Origin: an uncultured delta proteobacterium
Lineage (GTDB): Bacteria > Myxococcota > Myxococcia > Myxococcales > Myxococcaceae
DNA: 64,000 nucleotides
Direction: 5' to 3'
Assembly: GCA_963713045.1 (NCBI GenBank)
Contig: CAVQKE010000007.1
Span: forward strand, 352,001-416,000
In this document: positions 28,546 through 40,171 of the stretch, piece after piece
How the letters are laid out: every line of letters starts with the position of its first letter
Position numbering within the stretch: the first letter of the stretch is position 1
Made by a program: the position numbers and the translations under genes
Notes under the pieces: model-generated
The model's input: only the letters and a program-made list of their open reading frames with translations
Told to the model about the DNA's origin: nothing
The model's database searches: none

Positions 28546-28604
28546 GGGTTGGCGCAGGGAGGCGCAATGCACGGGGGGCTGCGGCCCTTCGCCGGGGTGC
28601 GGGC

Positions 28605-29009
28605 CTAGCTGGCGAGCTTGAAAATCATCCAGACGAAGAGGACCAACTGGATGAAAAAAAAGGTCGCCCGAACGTAGACGTTGGGCACGCCGAGGCCGGA
28701 GAGGTGGGCCACCGTCTGCCCGAAGCGGGCATACAGGACAAACGGGGCGAGGGTGTCAATGGTGCCAAGCCGGCCGGTGGAGGCGGCAAACAGCACGATG
28801 GCGCCGAAGACCGGCAAGTTTTCAAGGCAATTGGTGTGCGCGTCCTCCATGCGACGGAACAGCGGCGGGTCGTCGGCGGGCTTGGGGTTGCGCAGCCAAT
28901 GGTTGATGGGCGTTCCCCCCAGCACCCGGACTCCCCGCTGGAGAAAGACAAGAATGACCAACAGCAGAGTCCAGGCCGCAAATCCCAACAGCGCTTGAAG
29001 AGCCGTCAT
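28605..29009 (-). CDS. MAPEG family membrane protein
   Basis: RRMEDAHTNCLENLPVF, YARFGQTVAHL; four hydrophobic helices; GGAG RBS. Confidence 0.88.
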   Translation of the reverse strand: MTALQALLGFAAWTLLLVILVFLQRGVRVLGGTPINHWLRNPKPADDPPLFRRMEDAHTNCLENLPVFGAIVLFAASTGRLGTIDTLAPFVLYARFGQTVAHLSGLGVPNVYVRATFFFIQLVLFVWMIFKLAS

Positions 29010-29173
29010 GGTTTTCTCCCCGGGGGGGGAATGCTGGCCGCCCCGCGCGCGGCTGCCTTTCATGCACCAGCGCGGAGCCTAGTCCGCACGGCACGCCTTC
29101 CGTCCCGGGAAATGCGCCCGGGCCCAGCCAAGGCTCGCGCCGTCTCCCTCGGGGGAAGGGCTGTCCTGAGAGG

Positions 29174-29746
29174 TCAGCCGGGAGAGGGCGAGGCGGCCGA
29201 GAGCAGCGAGGCGAGGTCCAGCTCCGGACCCTCCAACTCGAGCAGCGTCCCAGGGGCATACGGCAGCCGGAGCAGCTCCTCTCGCCCGAGGCCCAAGAGG
29301 CGAGCAAGGCGCCCCATGGGCCAGCTGTCGCGGAGGGCCTCAAACTCCTCCTCGGAGAGCTCCTCGACGTCCAGGTCCCGCTCCTCATAGACGAGGGTCT
29401 CGCCCCCGACTGGACTGCCGGCCCCGTAGGAAGTCACCGCTTCGAAGCGGTCCGGGTCAAAGGCGTAGGCGTGCACCGTCCCGAGCGAGGCCGAGGAGAG
29501 CGCGGCTGCCAGGGCCTGGTGGTCCCGGTACCACTGGGCCCCGGGCGGTCCATAGGTGTGAGGCCCGTCATAGGCCAGGCGCACCAGCCGCCGGTCCATG
29601 TCCACCGACACCAAGAGGCCTGCGGCCTGTGGCGAAAGCCCCTCCGCCTGGAGGGCGGTGCGGGCCAGCCGTTGCAGCGGCACCCCGGCCAGGCTGTCGG
29701 CCCGGAGAAGGTAGCCGCCGTGGGCGTCAATGCGGGGCGCAAACAC
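29174..29746 (-). CDS. Hypothetical protein divergent from clpB
   Basis: GC3-biased frame [11 protein letters not shown]...[12 protein letters not shown]; start uncertain. Confidence 0.65.
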   Translation of the reverse strand: MFAPRIDAHGGYLLRADSLAGVPLQRLARTALQAEGLSPQAAGLLVSVDMDRRLVRLAYDGPHTYGPPGAQWYRDHQALAAALSSASLGTVHAYAFDPDRFEAVTSYGAGSPVGGETLVYEERDLDVEELSEEEFEALRDSWPMGRLARLLGLGREELLRLPYAPGTLLELEGPELDLASLLSAASPSPG

Positions 29747-29819
29747 GTGGAGATGGCCTTGCTTGTACGCGTCGTCCGGGCGCCTTGCCAAGGCCGCGCA
29801 AAGGCTTAGGGTATTGGCC

Positions 29820-32414
29820 ATGCGAATCGACCAGTTCACCGTCAAGGCGCAGGAGGCCATCCAGGCCGGGCAGGCGCTCGCGCGCCGCGCTGGAAACCCC
29901 CAGTATGAACCGGAACACCTGATGCTCGCCCTCCTCGACCAGGAGCAGGGGCTGGTGCCGGCCATTGTCCAGCGGGTGGGTGCCGAACCCCAGCTGTTGC
30001 GCGACCGGCTGCAAGAGGCGCTCGGCAAACTTCCCAAGGTGTCTGGCGGCGAAGGGGCCAACCTCTCGCAGCGTCTGCTCAAACTTTTCGACAAGGCCGA
30101 GGACGAGGCCAAGTCGTTGAAGGACGAATACGTCTCGAGCGAGCACCTGCTGCTGGCCGCCATCGGCGACAAGGGGAGTGTCGGGGAAGTCCTCAAGGCT
30201 TCGGGCATCACCCATGCCCGTGTCCTCTCGGTGCTGAAGGAGTTGCGCGGCGGCCGGCGCGTCACCTCCCAGGATGCCGAGGACACCTACGAGGCGCTGG
30301 AGAAGTATGGCCGGGACCTGACCGCCGACGCCCGTGCCGGCAAGCTCGACCCCGTCATCGGCCGCGATGAGGAGATTCGGCGCGTCATTCAAGTGTTGAG
30401 CCGCCGCACCAAAAACAATCCGGTTCTCATTGGTGAGCCGGGCGTCGGGAAGACCGCCATCGTCGAGGGACTGGCCCGGCGCATCATCGACGGAGACGTC
30501 CCCGAAGGGCTGAAGGACAAGCGGCTGGTGGCGCTGGACTTGGGTGCCATGGTGGCCGGCGCAAAATTCCGCGGGGAGTTTGAAGAGCGGCTGAAGGCGG
30601 TGCTGCATGAAGTCGCCGCCGCCGAGGGGCGAATTCTCCTCTTCATCGACGAGCTGCACACCCTGGTGGGAGCCGGCAAGGCCGAAGGGGCGATGGACGC
30701 AGGCAACATGCTGAAGCCCGCCCTGGCCCGCGGGGAGCTGCACGCCATCGGCGCCACCACGCTGGATGAGTACCGCAAGTACATTGAAAAGGACGCGGCC
30801 CTGGAGAGGCGTTTTCAGCCAGTGATGGTGGGCGAGCCCTCGGTGTCCGACACCATCAGCATTTTGCGCGGGCTGAAGGAACGCTATGAAGTTCACCACG
30901 GCGTTCGCATCCAGGACGCGGCCCTGGTGGCCGCTGCCACGCTGTCCAACCGGTACATCTCCGACCGCTTCTTGCCGGACAAGGCCATCGACTTGGTGGA
31001 CGAGGCGGCCAGCCGGCTGCGCATCGAGATTGACTCCATGCCTCAGGCCATCGACGACATTCGTCGTCGCATTACCCAGCTCGAGATTGAACGCGAGGGC
31101 CTGAAAAAGGAGTCCGACAAGTATGCGCGAGAGCGTCTGGCGGCGATTGAGAAGGAGTTGGCTGACTTGCGCGAGACCTTCTCGTCTCTGAAGGCGCATT
31201 GGGAGGCGGAGAAGGCTGCCATTTCGAAAATCCGCGCCGTCAAGGAGAAGCTGGACAAGGCCCGCACCGAGCAGGCCGCGGCCGAACGTCAATCGGACCT
31301 GAACCGCGCCGCCGAGCTGAAGTTCGGCACCATCCCGGCGCTGGAGCGGGAGTTGGTGGAGCAGAACGCCAAGTTGGCGGAGCTCCAGAAGAAGCAGAAA
31401 TTCCTCAAAGAGGAAGTCGACGCCGAGGACATCGCGCAAGTGGTGGCCAAGTGGACCCACATCCCGGTGTCCCGCCTGATGGAGGGCGAAGTCCAGAAGC
31501 TCATCCACATGGAGGAACGCCTCGAAAAGCGGGTGGTCGGGCAACGGCCGGCCATCGAGGCGGTGAGCAACGCCATCCGCCGTGCCCGGAGCGGGCTTCA
31601 GGACCCCAACCGCCCCATCGGCTCCTTCATTTTTCTCGGACCGACTGGCGTTGGGAAGACGGAGACGGCCAAGGCCCTCGCCGAGTTCCTCTTCGACGAC
31701 GAGAATGCCCTCATCCGCCTGGACATGTCGGAGTACATGGAGAAGCACTCCGTGTCTCGCCTGGTGGGTGCTCCGCCGGGCTACGTCGGCTACGACGAGG
31801 GCGGTCAACTGACCGAGGCGGTGCGGCGTCGTCCCTATTCGGTAGTGCTGCTTGACGAGATTGAAAAGGCCCACCCAGACGTCTTCAACGTGCTGTTACA
31901 AATTCTCGACGACGGCCGGCTGACGGATAGCCAGGGCCGCACCGTGGACTTCAAAAACACCGTCCTCATCATGACGTCCAACCTCGGCAGCCAGGGCCTG
32001 GTGGCGACTTCCGAGGGCAAAGGTCTGGATGAGGCCGCCCGAGAACGGGTGATGGATGCGCTGCGGGCCCACTTCAAGCCTGAGTTTCTCAACCGGGTGG
32101 ACGAGATTGTCATTTTTGAGCCGCTGAAGAAGTCCGACTTGAGCCGGATTGTCGACATTCAGCTGGACCGGCTTCACAAGCTGCTGGAGGAAAGGAAGCT
32201 GACATTGGAGTTGACCACCGCGGCGAAGGCCTTCCTGGCCGAACACGGCTATGACCCGGTGTACGGCGCCCGTCCCTTGAAGCGTGCCATTCAGAAGTAC
32301 CTTCAGGACCCGCTGGCCCTGAAAGTCCTCTCCGGGGAGTACCAGGCCGGGGACACGGTGCGCGTCGACGCGGGCAAGGGCGAGCTTCGCTTCGGCAAGC
32401 CGGTCCGCGCCTAA
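29820..32414 (+). CDS. clpB: ATP-dependent chaperone ClpB
   Basis: Two AAA+ modules ([16 protein letters not shown]), coiled-coil M domain, [18 protein letters not shown]. Confidence 0.98.
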   Translation: MRIDQFTVKAQEAIQAGQALARRAGNPQYEPEHLMLALLDQEQGLVPAIVQRVGAEPQLLRDRLQEALGKLPKVSGGEGANLSQRLLKLFDKAEDEAKSLKDEYVSSEHLLLAAIGDKGSVGEVLKASGITHARVLSVLKELRGGRRVTSQDAEDTYEALEKYGRDLTADARAGKLDPVIGRDEEIRRVIQVLSRRTKNNPVLIGEPGVGKTAIVEGLARRIIDGDVPEGLKDKRLVALDLGAMVAGAKFRGEFEERLKAVLHEVAAAEGRILLFIDELHTLVGAGKAEGAMDAGNMLKPALARGELHAIGATTLDEYRKYIEKDAALERRFQPVMVGEPSVSDTISILRGLKERYEVHHGVRIQDAALVAAATLSNRYISDRFLPDKAIDLVDEAASRLRIEIDSMPQAIDDIRRRITQLEIEREGLKKESDKYARERLAAIEKELADLRETFSSLKAHWEAEKAAISKIRAVKEKLDKARTEQAAAERQSDLNRAAELKFGTIPALERELVEQNAKLAELQKKQKFLKEEVDAEDIAQVVAKWTHIPVSRLMEGEVQKLIHMEERLEKRVVGQRPAIEAVSNAIRRARSGLQDPNRPIGSFIFLGPTGVGKTETAKALAEFLFDDENALIRLDMSEYMEKHSVSRLVGAPPGYVGYDEGGQLTEAVRRRPYSVVLLDEIEKAHPDVFNVLLQILDDGRLTDSQGRTVDFKNTVLIMTSNLGSQGLVATSEGKGLDEAARERVMDALRAHFKPEFLNRVDEIVIFEPLKKSDLSRIVDIQLDRLHKLLEERKLTLELTTAAKAFLAEHGYDPVYGARPLKRAIQKYLQDPLALKVLSGEYQAGDTVRVDAGKGELRFGKPVRA

Positions 32415-32549
32415 AAAGCCTGGGCCCCGCCGCGGATGCGGCACGCCCACGTCGGACACCCTCGACAGAGCGGCGCGGCGATGCAACCCCAGCGCTGCTT
32501 CCCCAGGGCAGCAAGACGCCAAGGTTGGACTTATGGCAGAAGGCCAGCG

Positions 32550-33458
32550 GTGGACGTCACTGTCGTCGGGGCCGGCGTCATTGGCCTCACCACCGCCGTT
32601 GAACTTCAACACGCAGGCCACGCCGTCCAGGTGGTGGCCGCGGCCACCGGTGAGGCCACCACCTCGGCCGTCGCCGGCGCGCTCTGGTTCCCCTTCCGTG
32701 CCCACCCGCCGGCCCGCGTCAATGGCTGGGCGCGCATTGCGCGCAAGCGCCTCGAAGCGCTGGCTGCCGCCGTCCCAGAAGCGGGCGTGGACGTCCTCAC
32801 CGCGTACGAAGCCGGCGACGGCAGGGAGGCGCCCTGGTGGGCGGCCAGTGCGCCGCACCTCAGCTGGGTCACCCAATCCCCACTGGGCGGTCCAGCCTGG
32901 CGATTTCGAGCGCCCCGGGTGGAGCCGGAACTTTTCCTCGGCTGGCTCGAAGGGCAGTTGCAGCGGCCCATTCGCCGGCAGAAGGTGACGTCCCTCGAGG
33001 CGGTGGAGGGCGATGCGGTGGTGCACTGCACCGGTCTCGGCGCGCGGGCCCTGGCCGGCGACCCCGCCCTGCAGGCGGTGTACGGCCAAGTGCTGCTGGT
33101 CGCGCCGGGGGAGCTGGACCGCCAGGTGTCCCTGGGAGACGAGCGCGACGAAGCGGCCATCCTGTACTGCATTCCCCGGCGCCACGAAGTCGTCCTCGGC
33201 GGGTGCGCTTTGGTCTGCTCTGACGAAGTGTCGCTGACCCCCCGCCCAGCGGTGCGGGACTCCATTTTGGCGCGTGCCCGCGCTGCTGGGTTGAGGCATG
33301 GGCCTGTCCTCGCCGAGCGCGCTGGACTGCGGCCCTGCCGGCCGACGGTGCGACTCGAGCAGGAGGGCCGCGTCATCCACAACTACGGGCACGGTGGAGC
33401 AGGCTACACACTGGCCTACGGCTGCGCCGAGGACGTGGTGGCCCTCCTTGCGCGCTGA
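32550..33458 (+). CDS. D-amino-acid oxidase family FAD-dependent oxidoreductase
   Basis: VVGAGVIGLTTA, TSAVAGA, GLRP.R, HNYGHGGAG. Confidence 0.9.
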   Translation: MDVTVVGAGVIGLTTAVELQHAGHAVQVVAAATGEATTSAVAGALWFPFRAHPPARVNGWARIARKRLEALAAAVPEAGVDVLTAYEAGDGREAPWWAASAPHLSWVTQSPLGGPAWRFRAPRVEPELFLGWLEGQLQRPIRRQKVTSLEAVEGDAVVHCTGLGARALAGDPALQAVYGQVLLVAPGELDRQVSLGDERDEAAILYCIPRRHEVVLGGCALVCSDEVSLTPRPAVRDSILARARAAGLRHGPVLAERAGLRPCRPTVRLEQEGRVIHNYGHGGAGYTLAYGCAEDVVALLAR

Positions 33459-33468
33459 AGGCGGGGCG

Positions 33469-34209
33469 CTACTCCCGGTACCGCACTTCCACCAGCACCA
33501 GCCCCTGGGGCGGCGCGGTGGGGCCGCCTTGCGTTCGGTCGCCTGAGGCCAGCACTTCCTCGACCCAGGCCACCGGCCGTCGGCCCCGCCCCACCTCCAC
33601 CAGCGTGCCCACAAGATTGCGCACCATGTGCTTCAGGAAAGCCGTGCCCTCCACTTCGAATTGGACGACGTCCAGCGTCGAGGCGAGGGTCAGCTCCCGC
33701 AGCGTCCGCACCGTCGTCGGTGCCTCGCAGTTGGCCGCACGAAAGGCGGAGAAGTCATGCGTCCCCAACAGGCACCGGGCAGCCTCGCCCATGGCAGAGA
33801 CATCCAACGGCGCGAACAGTTCCCAGTGCGTCCGCCGCCGCAGTGGCGAGCGGACCGGCCGGTTGGAGAGGAGGTAGCGGTAGCGTTTGCCGAGGCTGTC
33901 GCGCCGCGGGTCGAAGTCGTCCGCCACTTCCTGCGCCCCCACCACCGAGACGTCCGGCGGCAGCAGCGCTGAGAGGCCCCGCAGGTAGGCCGTCAGCGGA
34001 AGGGCCCGTGGCGGGTCAAAGGCCACCACTTGCCCCAGTGCGTGCACACCGGCGTCGGTGCGGCTGGCGGCCAGGGTGGCCACTTCGGCGCCCAGCAACT
34101 CGCCCAGCGCTTTCTCCACCACCTGTTGCACCGAGAGGCCGTTGGTTTGGCGCTGCCAGCCGACGTACGCCGTCCCCTCGTACTCCAGCGTCAGCCGCAG
34201 GCGGCCCAT
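33469..34209 (-). CDS. truA: tRNA pseudouridine(38-40) synthase
   Basis: EYEGTAYVGWQRQ, SRTDAGVHA.GQ, GTHDFSAF, FLKHMVR, TAPPQGL. Confidence 0.97.
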   Translation of the reverse strand: MGRLRLTLEYEGTAYVGWQRQTNGLSVQQVVEKALGELLGAEVATLAASRTDAGVHALGQVVAFDPPRALPLTAYLRGLSALLPPDVSVVGAQEVADDFDPRRDSLGKRYRYLLSNRPVRSPLRRRTHWELFAPLDVSAMGEAARCLLGTHDFSAFRAANCEAPTTVRTLRELTLASTLDVVQFEVEGTAFLKHMVRNLVGTLVEVGRGRRPVAWVEEVLASGDRTQGGPTAPPQGLVLVEVRYRE

Positions 34210-35352
34210 TCAGCGGTACTTGAGCCAGTCGCGCAGCACGTCCCGCGCCAATTCTTCGGCCCCGAGTCCGTGGCGCTCGGCCACCGTCTCCAGGGCCCGG
34301 CGCTCGGACTCGCCCAGCGTCACCTCGAGCGGTGCGCCGTCCATGGCCGGAACGCCGTTGCCGTCCACCGGCGCATCCAGCCGCCTCGCCAGTCGGGCCC
34401 GTTCCTCGTCCAACTCGCCCGCGAAAAGCTGCTTGAGAAAGTTGGAGAGGTGGATGCTGGAGGGGCGGAAGGGGAACTGCCCCATCGTTCGCTCCAAGTC
34501 CCGCTGCATGTCCCAGGCCGACGGGTAACGCTTCTCCCGGTCCTTTTCCAAGGCCCGCATCACAATCTGCTCCACCTCGGGGGGAATGTCCGGTTTGAAG
34601 TAGGAAGGGCCGTAAATTTTTCCGTCGGTAATCGACTTGAGGACCGCCACTTCCGAATCGCCGGTGAAGAGACGGTACCCGGTGAGCCATTCGTAGAGGA
34701 CGACGCCCAACGAGAAAATGTCGCTGCGCTGGTCGAGCGGCTGGCCCAGGCACTGCTCCGGGCTCATGTAGGCCAGTTTGCCTTTAATTTCCCCGGCCTG
34801 CGTCTGGCCCACCTGGCCGCGCGCCTTGGCAATGCCGAAGTCGAGCACCTTCACCATCCCGTCGAAGGAGACGAAGACGTTTTCCGGTGTCACGTCCCGG
34901 TGGACAATGTGCAGCGGGTTGCCCCACGCATCCGCCTTCTGGTGGGCGTAGTAGAGGCCCTCGCACACCGAGGCGGCGATTTTGAGCGCGTAGACGTGGG
35001 GGAAGGGGATTCCCAGTGCGGCCGCCTTGGGAATGATGCGCGCCATGTCGCGGCCGAAGAGGTACTCCATGGCGATGAAGTAGCTGTCGCTGATGCGGCC
35101 CAATTCGTGGATTTGGACAATGTTGGGGTGGGTGAGCTGCGAGGCGAGTCGCGCTTCGTTGAGAAACATGGTGACGAAGCCCTCCACCCGGGTGAGGCGC
35201 GGGAGGATGCGCTTGATGACCACCGTTTTCTCAAAGCCCTCCATGCCGGCCTGGCGGGCGAGAAAAATTTCGGCCATGCCCCCCACCGCCAGCCGGTCGA
35301 GCAGGGTGTACTTGCCGAAGCGGGCCGGGGCTGGCGAGTCGGGCGGGCTCAC
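34210..35352 (-). CDS. Cytoplasmic Hanks-type Ser/Thr protein kinase (possible Pkn14 ortholog)
   Basis: GGMAEIF, VVIK, HRDVTPEN, DFGIAK, YMSPEQ, DIFSLG; no TM; GTG overlaps upstream stop. Confidence 0.93.
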   Translation of the reverse strand: MSPPDSPAPARFGKYTLLDRLAVGGMAEIFLARQAGMEGFEKTVVIKRILPRLTRVEGFVTMFLNEARLASQLTHPNIVQIHELGRISDSYFIAMEYLFGRDMARIIPKAAALGIPFPHVYALKIAASVCEGLYYAHQKADAWGNPLHIVHRDVTPENVFVSFDGMVKVLDFGIAKARGQVGQTQAGEIKGKLAYMSPEQCLGQPLDQRSDIFSLGVVLYEWLTGYRLFTGDSEVAVLKSITDGKIYGPSYFKPDIPPEVEQIVMRALEKDREKRYPSAWDMQRDLERTMGQFPFRPSSIHLSNFLKQLFAGELDEERARLARRLDAPVDGNGVPAMDGAPLEVTLGESERRALETVAERHGLGAEELARDVLRDWLKYR

Positions 35353-36341
35353 CCCGTCAAGGCTAGCGCATTGGCGTCGAGCCGCAGCACCTCCACCTTG
35401 AGTCCCACCGGCTGACCGGGCGCTGCCGGGAAGTCCACCGGCGAGGCGCCGAGGCGACCCACGGTGTGTCCGAAGCGCCCCGCGGTGGCCAGCCCGTGGT
35501 GCACCAGGGCCGAGAAGCGCTCCCAGGACAGACTCTGCTGATTGCAGCAGACGAAAAGCAGCCCGTGGGGCGCCACCACCGGGGCCGCCCGCGCCACCAA
35601 CACCGGCGTGTCTCTGGCCATGCTGAAGGGCCCCGAAGGGCCGCGGGCGAAGGCCGGCGGGTCCAGCACCACCGAAGAAAAGGTGCGCTCCGACTTGGCC
35701 AGCCGTCGCAGCCACTGGAAGACGTCGCCCCGGAGCGCCTCAGCCTTCACGCGGTTGAGCGCGGCGTTCTCCGCAGCCCAGGCCAGCGCCCGCTTGCTTA
35801 AGTCGACATTCACCGCGGCGGTGGCGCCACCGGCCAGCGCCGCAATGGCGAAGGCGCCGGTGTAGGCAAAGCAGTTGAGCAGCGTCGTCCCTTCGGCCTG
35901 CGCCCGGAGGAAGGCCCGCGTCTCGCGCATGTCCAAATACAGCCCCACCGACAGCCCCTCCGCCGGACGAATGCGAAAGGCCAACCCCGCCTCCAAGACG
36001 TCCACCGTTTCGACCGCCGAGCCGTGGACTGGCGCGACCGGGGCTTGGGCGCGGAGCGCCTGCGGCGTGAAACGGCTTGGCGTTCGCGGGCGGCGCTTGA
36101 GGTACACCGCCCGGGGGGAAACTTCTGAAACAAGCGCCTCGACGAGGGGCCCGGACTCCTGGTCGGTGTAGAGGCTGACCACCAGGACGTCACCGAAGAC
36201 GTCCACCGTGGCGCCCTCAAAGCCGTCGCCTTCTGCGTGCACCAGGCGGTAGGCGGTGGTGCGCCCGTCGGCACACAACGGCGCCCGCCGCTCAGCCGCC
36301 CGGCGGAGTCGCGCGCGCAGGCCGCGTTCAGCGCCGCGCAC
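35349..36341 (-). CDS. Class I SAM-dependent rRNA methyltransferase (RlmI/RlmK-like)
   Basis: YRLVHAEGDG, VGLYLDMR, LNCFAYTGAF, VDLS, VVLDPPAF; start uncertain (36341 or 36389). Confidence 0.88.
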   Translation of the reverse strand: MRGAERGLRARLRRAAERRAPLCADGRTTAYRLVHAEGDGFEGATVDVFGDVLVVSLYTDQESGPLVEALVSEVSPRAVYLKRRPRTPSRFTPQALRAQAPVAPVHGSAVETVDVLEAGLAFRIRPAEGLSVGLYLDMRETRAFLRAQAEGTTLLNCFAYTGAFAIAALAGGATAAVNVDLSKRALAWAAENAALNRVKAEALRGDVFQWLRRLAKSERTFSSVVLDPPAFARGPSGPFSMARDTPVLVARAAPVVAPHGLLFVCCNQQSLSWERFSALVHHGLATAGRFGHTVGRLGASPVDFPAAPGQPVGLKVEVLRLDANALALTG

Positions 36342-37539
36342 GGCGGACTGCCACCGCCTCGCGCTCCAGTTCAAGCGCGTCTGCGCCAAGCAACTGCCCG
36401 TCGCGCAACACCACCCGCCCGGCCACCACCGTCCAGGCCACCGGCGCCCGGCTCACCTCAGCGGCCACGTCGGCCGTCCAGACGTCCCCCTCGGGAAGCA
36501 TCTCCAACAGGGCGAGGTCGGCCAGTGCCCCCGCCGCCACCCGGCCCGCCGGCGCGCCGTAGAGGTCTGACACCAAATCCGCCGCGCCCTGCTGAAGAAG
36601 CGCGGGAACCAGTTCCTCCGCCCACAGCCGGCCCAGCCGCGCCGCCTTGCGGCCCATCGCCCAGGCGGCGTCCCATTGCTGCGGCAGCGTGCCCAGGCCA
36701 GAAGTGCCGAGCGCCACTCGGTGCTCGGGAATCAGCAACGCCTCGAAGCCGTAGCCCTCGCCGAGGAGGTCCCGCAGGGGACTCCAGGCCACCAGCACAC
36801 TGCGCTGGGCGAGGACACGCGCCTCGTGCGCGTCCACGCACCGGGCATGGGCGGCCACCGTCCGCGGTCCAAGGAGGCCGTGTTGGGCCAGCCGCTCGAC
36901 GCTGCGCACCCCGTACTTCTGGTGGTTGAGAACCAAGTCCTCGTCGGTTTCGGCCAGGGCCAGGTGCACCACTGCTTGGGCCGCGTCGGCGGCGGCGGAC
37001 ACCCGAGCCAACATGGGTTCGGGAGCATCCGCCAGACGGGAAATGCCCACCGCCCCGCGCACCAGCGGGTGGCTGGACCAGGCACGAAGAAAGGAAAGGT
37101 TCGCTTCAAGCGGACCCTGCCAGTGCTCTCCGCCGGTGGCGTGGGCAGCCACCAGGCGGATGCCGAGGCGCTCGGCGGTCAGCGCCTGCATCGCCAGCGC
37201 CTCCGCTGGATGGTCCACCGCGTCCAACATCTCAAAGACGGAGCTGACGCCTGAGCGGACGGCACGCGCCAGCGCCGCGGCGGCGAGCGCCTCCACTTCG
37301 GAGGCCGTCCAGGGGCTGGCGCCAGCGGCCGGGGCGGTGAGACGGGCATGTGCGTCCACTCGGCCGGGGACCAGCAGACGGCCCCGGCCGTCCACCGCCC
37401 AGTCACCGGGGAGAGCTGGCGTGTCGGCGTCCGGGCCGACATGGGTGACTCGGCCGCCCTCCACCACCACCACGCGGCTCGGGGCGAGGCGTTGCCCCTC
37501 GAGCAGCGTGCAATTCTTGAAGAGGAGCCGTCCGTCCAT
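36328..37539 (-). CDS. Amidohydrolase-fold (SsnA/AtzA-like) protein, metal ligands degenerate
   Basis: VDGRGRLLVPGRVDAH, AAHA, G...GALADL, V.GRVV..DG framework. Confidence 0.8.
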   Translation of the reverse strand: MDGRLLFKNCTLLEGQRLAPSRVVVVEGGRVTHVGPDADTPALPGDWAVDGRGRLLVPGRVDAHARLTAPAAGASPWTASEVEALAAAALARAVRSGVSSVFEMLDAVDHPAEALAMQALTAERLGIRLVAAHATGGEHWQGPLEANLSFLRAWSSHPLVRGAVGISRLADAPEPMLARVSAAADAAQAVVHLALAETDEDLVLNHQKYGVRSVERLAQHGLLGPRTVAAHARCVDAHEARVLAQRSVLVAWSPLRDLLGEGYGFEALLIPEHRVALGTSGLGTLPQQWDAAWAMGRKAARLGRLWAEELVPALLQQGAADLVSDLYGAPAGRVAAGALADLALLEMLPEGDVWTADVAAEVSRAPVAWTVVAGRVVLRDGQLLGADALELEREAVAVRRARR

Positions 37540-37592
37540 GCGGGTGCGCGGGCCAGCCTCGGCAGCGTAACCTTTCCGGCCCAGCCCCCGCC

Positions 37593-38564
37593 ATGCACAC
37601 CCCCCTGCCCGATGGCTTGGCCCACATCAGTTGGCGCGAGGACTTGCGGCTGGCCGAGGTGCACGGGCATTGCCCAGTGCTGCAGCGCCTCGGCCGACTG
37701 AAGCCGGGGGAAGTTTTGGGGGAGGCGCTCAACATCGAGGCCGGCAGAGCACGAAGCCTGGACGCGCTGGCACTTCAGGGCGGCGGCGTGGCATTTCTGC
37801 GCGTGGGCGATGGGGAGTCGGGTGGCTGGGTGCGCTTGGCGGTGCTTGCTGGCCAGCCGGTGCGACAGGCCTGGGCGTTGGACCTCGAAGCGGCGCTCCA
37901 CCAGGCGCCGCCGCTGCAAATCTCCCACCTCTCCTCGGCGCTCAGTCATGAGCTCCGCAACCCGCTCTCCAGCGTGAAGCTTTCGGTGCAAACCCTGGCC
38001 CGCGACCCGGAGCTTTCCGCGCGCGACCAGCGCCGGCTGACCATCGCCCAGCGAGAAATCCGCACCCTGGAGAGGATGCTGACGATGCTGGCCGAGTACG
38101 GACGAGAACGACCGGGGACGGTGGAGACGACGGCCCTCAAGGAGTTGGTGGCCCAAGCCGTTGAGGCCATTTCCTCGGAGCTGCGAGGCCGGCAGCAGTC
38201 GGTGCAGCTCGACGCCCCGGGGACGCTGCCCCCGGTGCGGGCCGACGCCCACCGCACCGGGCCGGTCCTCTCGCAGCTGTTGCTCAACATCGCCGCCACC
38301 CTGCCGGAGGGGGGCAGCGTGGTGGTGCAGCTTTTGCCACGGCCCGGCGGGGGTGCGCTGCTCCGGGTGCGCGACTTGGCCACGACCCTCTCCCCCGAGG
38401 AGCAAGCACAGGCCTTTCAGCCTTTTGGCTCTCGGCTGGCGCGGGGGGCCGGACTGTCCCTGGCCGCGCTGCGACAGGTGATGCTGCACCAGGATGGCCA
38501 AGCCGAGGTGCACACGGATGAAAAGCCTGGCACCCTCTTCACCCTGGCCTTTGCCCCGGGCTGA
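37593..38564 (+). CDS. mrpA: Sensor histidine kinase-like protein, MrpA ortholog
   Basis: H-box LSHELRNPL; degenerate HATPase; directly upstream of a sigma54 activator and the MrpC ortholog. Confidence 0.75.
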   Translation: MHTPLPDGLAHISWREDLRLAEVHGHCPVLQRLGRLKPGEVLGEALNIEAGRARSLDALALQGGGVAFLRVGDGESGGWVRLAVLAGQPVRQAWALDLEAALHQAPPLQISHLSSALSHELRNPLSSVKLSVQTLARDPELSARDQRRLTIAQREIRTLERMLTMLAEYGRERPGTVETTALKELVAQAVEAISSELRGRQQSVQLDAPGTLPPVRADAHRTGPVLSQLLLNIAATLPEGGSVVVQLLPRPGGGALLRVRDLATTLSPEEQAQAFQPFGSRLARGAGLSLAALRQVMLHQDGQAEVHTDEKPGTLFTLAFAPG

Positions 38565-38573
38565 CACCCCCCA

Positions 38574-40004
<1,431 letters not shown>

Positions 40005-40011
40005 AGGACGC

Positions 40012-40027
40012 TGTCTGCGTTGAGACA
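40012..40027. promoter_or_regulatory. Putative MrpC binding site TGTC-N8-GACA
   Basis: TGTCTGCGTTGAGACA fits the MrpC consensus TGTY-N8-RAC, upstream of mrpC. Confidence 0.6.
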
Positions 40028-40046
40028 TTGGCCTTCGGCGTATTGA

Positions 40047-40078
40047 ACGAAACGTTACAATTGTACGAAACGTTACAA
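40047..40078 (+). repeat. Perfect 14-bp direct repeat ACGAAACGTTACAA x2 (18-bp period), putative enhancer/MrpC sites
   Basis: Copies at 40047-40060 and 40065-40078; the second overlaps TGT-N10-ACA (40062-40077). Confidence 0.75.
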
Positions 40079-40142
40079 CTCTGCCCATGGATGTTGCGCA
40101 ACTTCTGCAGCAACCCTTCAGAGTTGCGCGCAGGGGTTGTGG

Positions 40143-40157
40143 TGGCATACCCCTTGG
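40143..40157 (+). promoter_or_regulatory. Sigma54-like -24/-12 promoter of mrpC
   Basis: TGGCATACCCCTTGG (GG-N10-GG variant). Confidence 0.5.
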
Positions 40158-40171
40158 AAGCGAGTGTTCGC

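Noticed and set aside
29727..31874. 715-aa antisense ORF over clpB (and similar long antisense ORFs over prs, tricorn, M1 peptidase, mrpAB)
   Set aside because: Shadow ORFs caused by high GC3 codon bias of the real genes
40047..40078. Direct repeat as a mini-CRISPR
   Set aside because: Only two 14-bp copies with a 4-bp gap and no cas genes; fits operator sites
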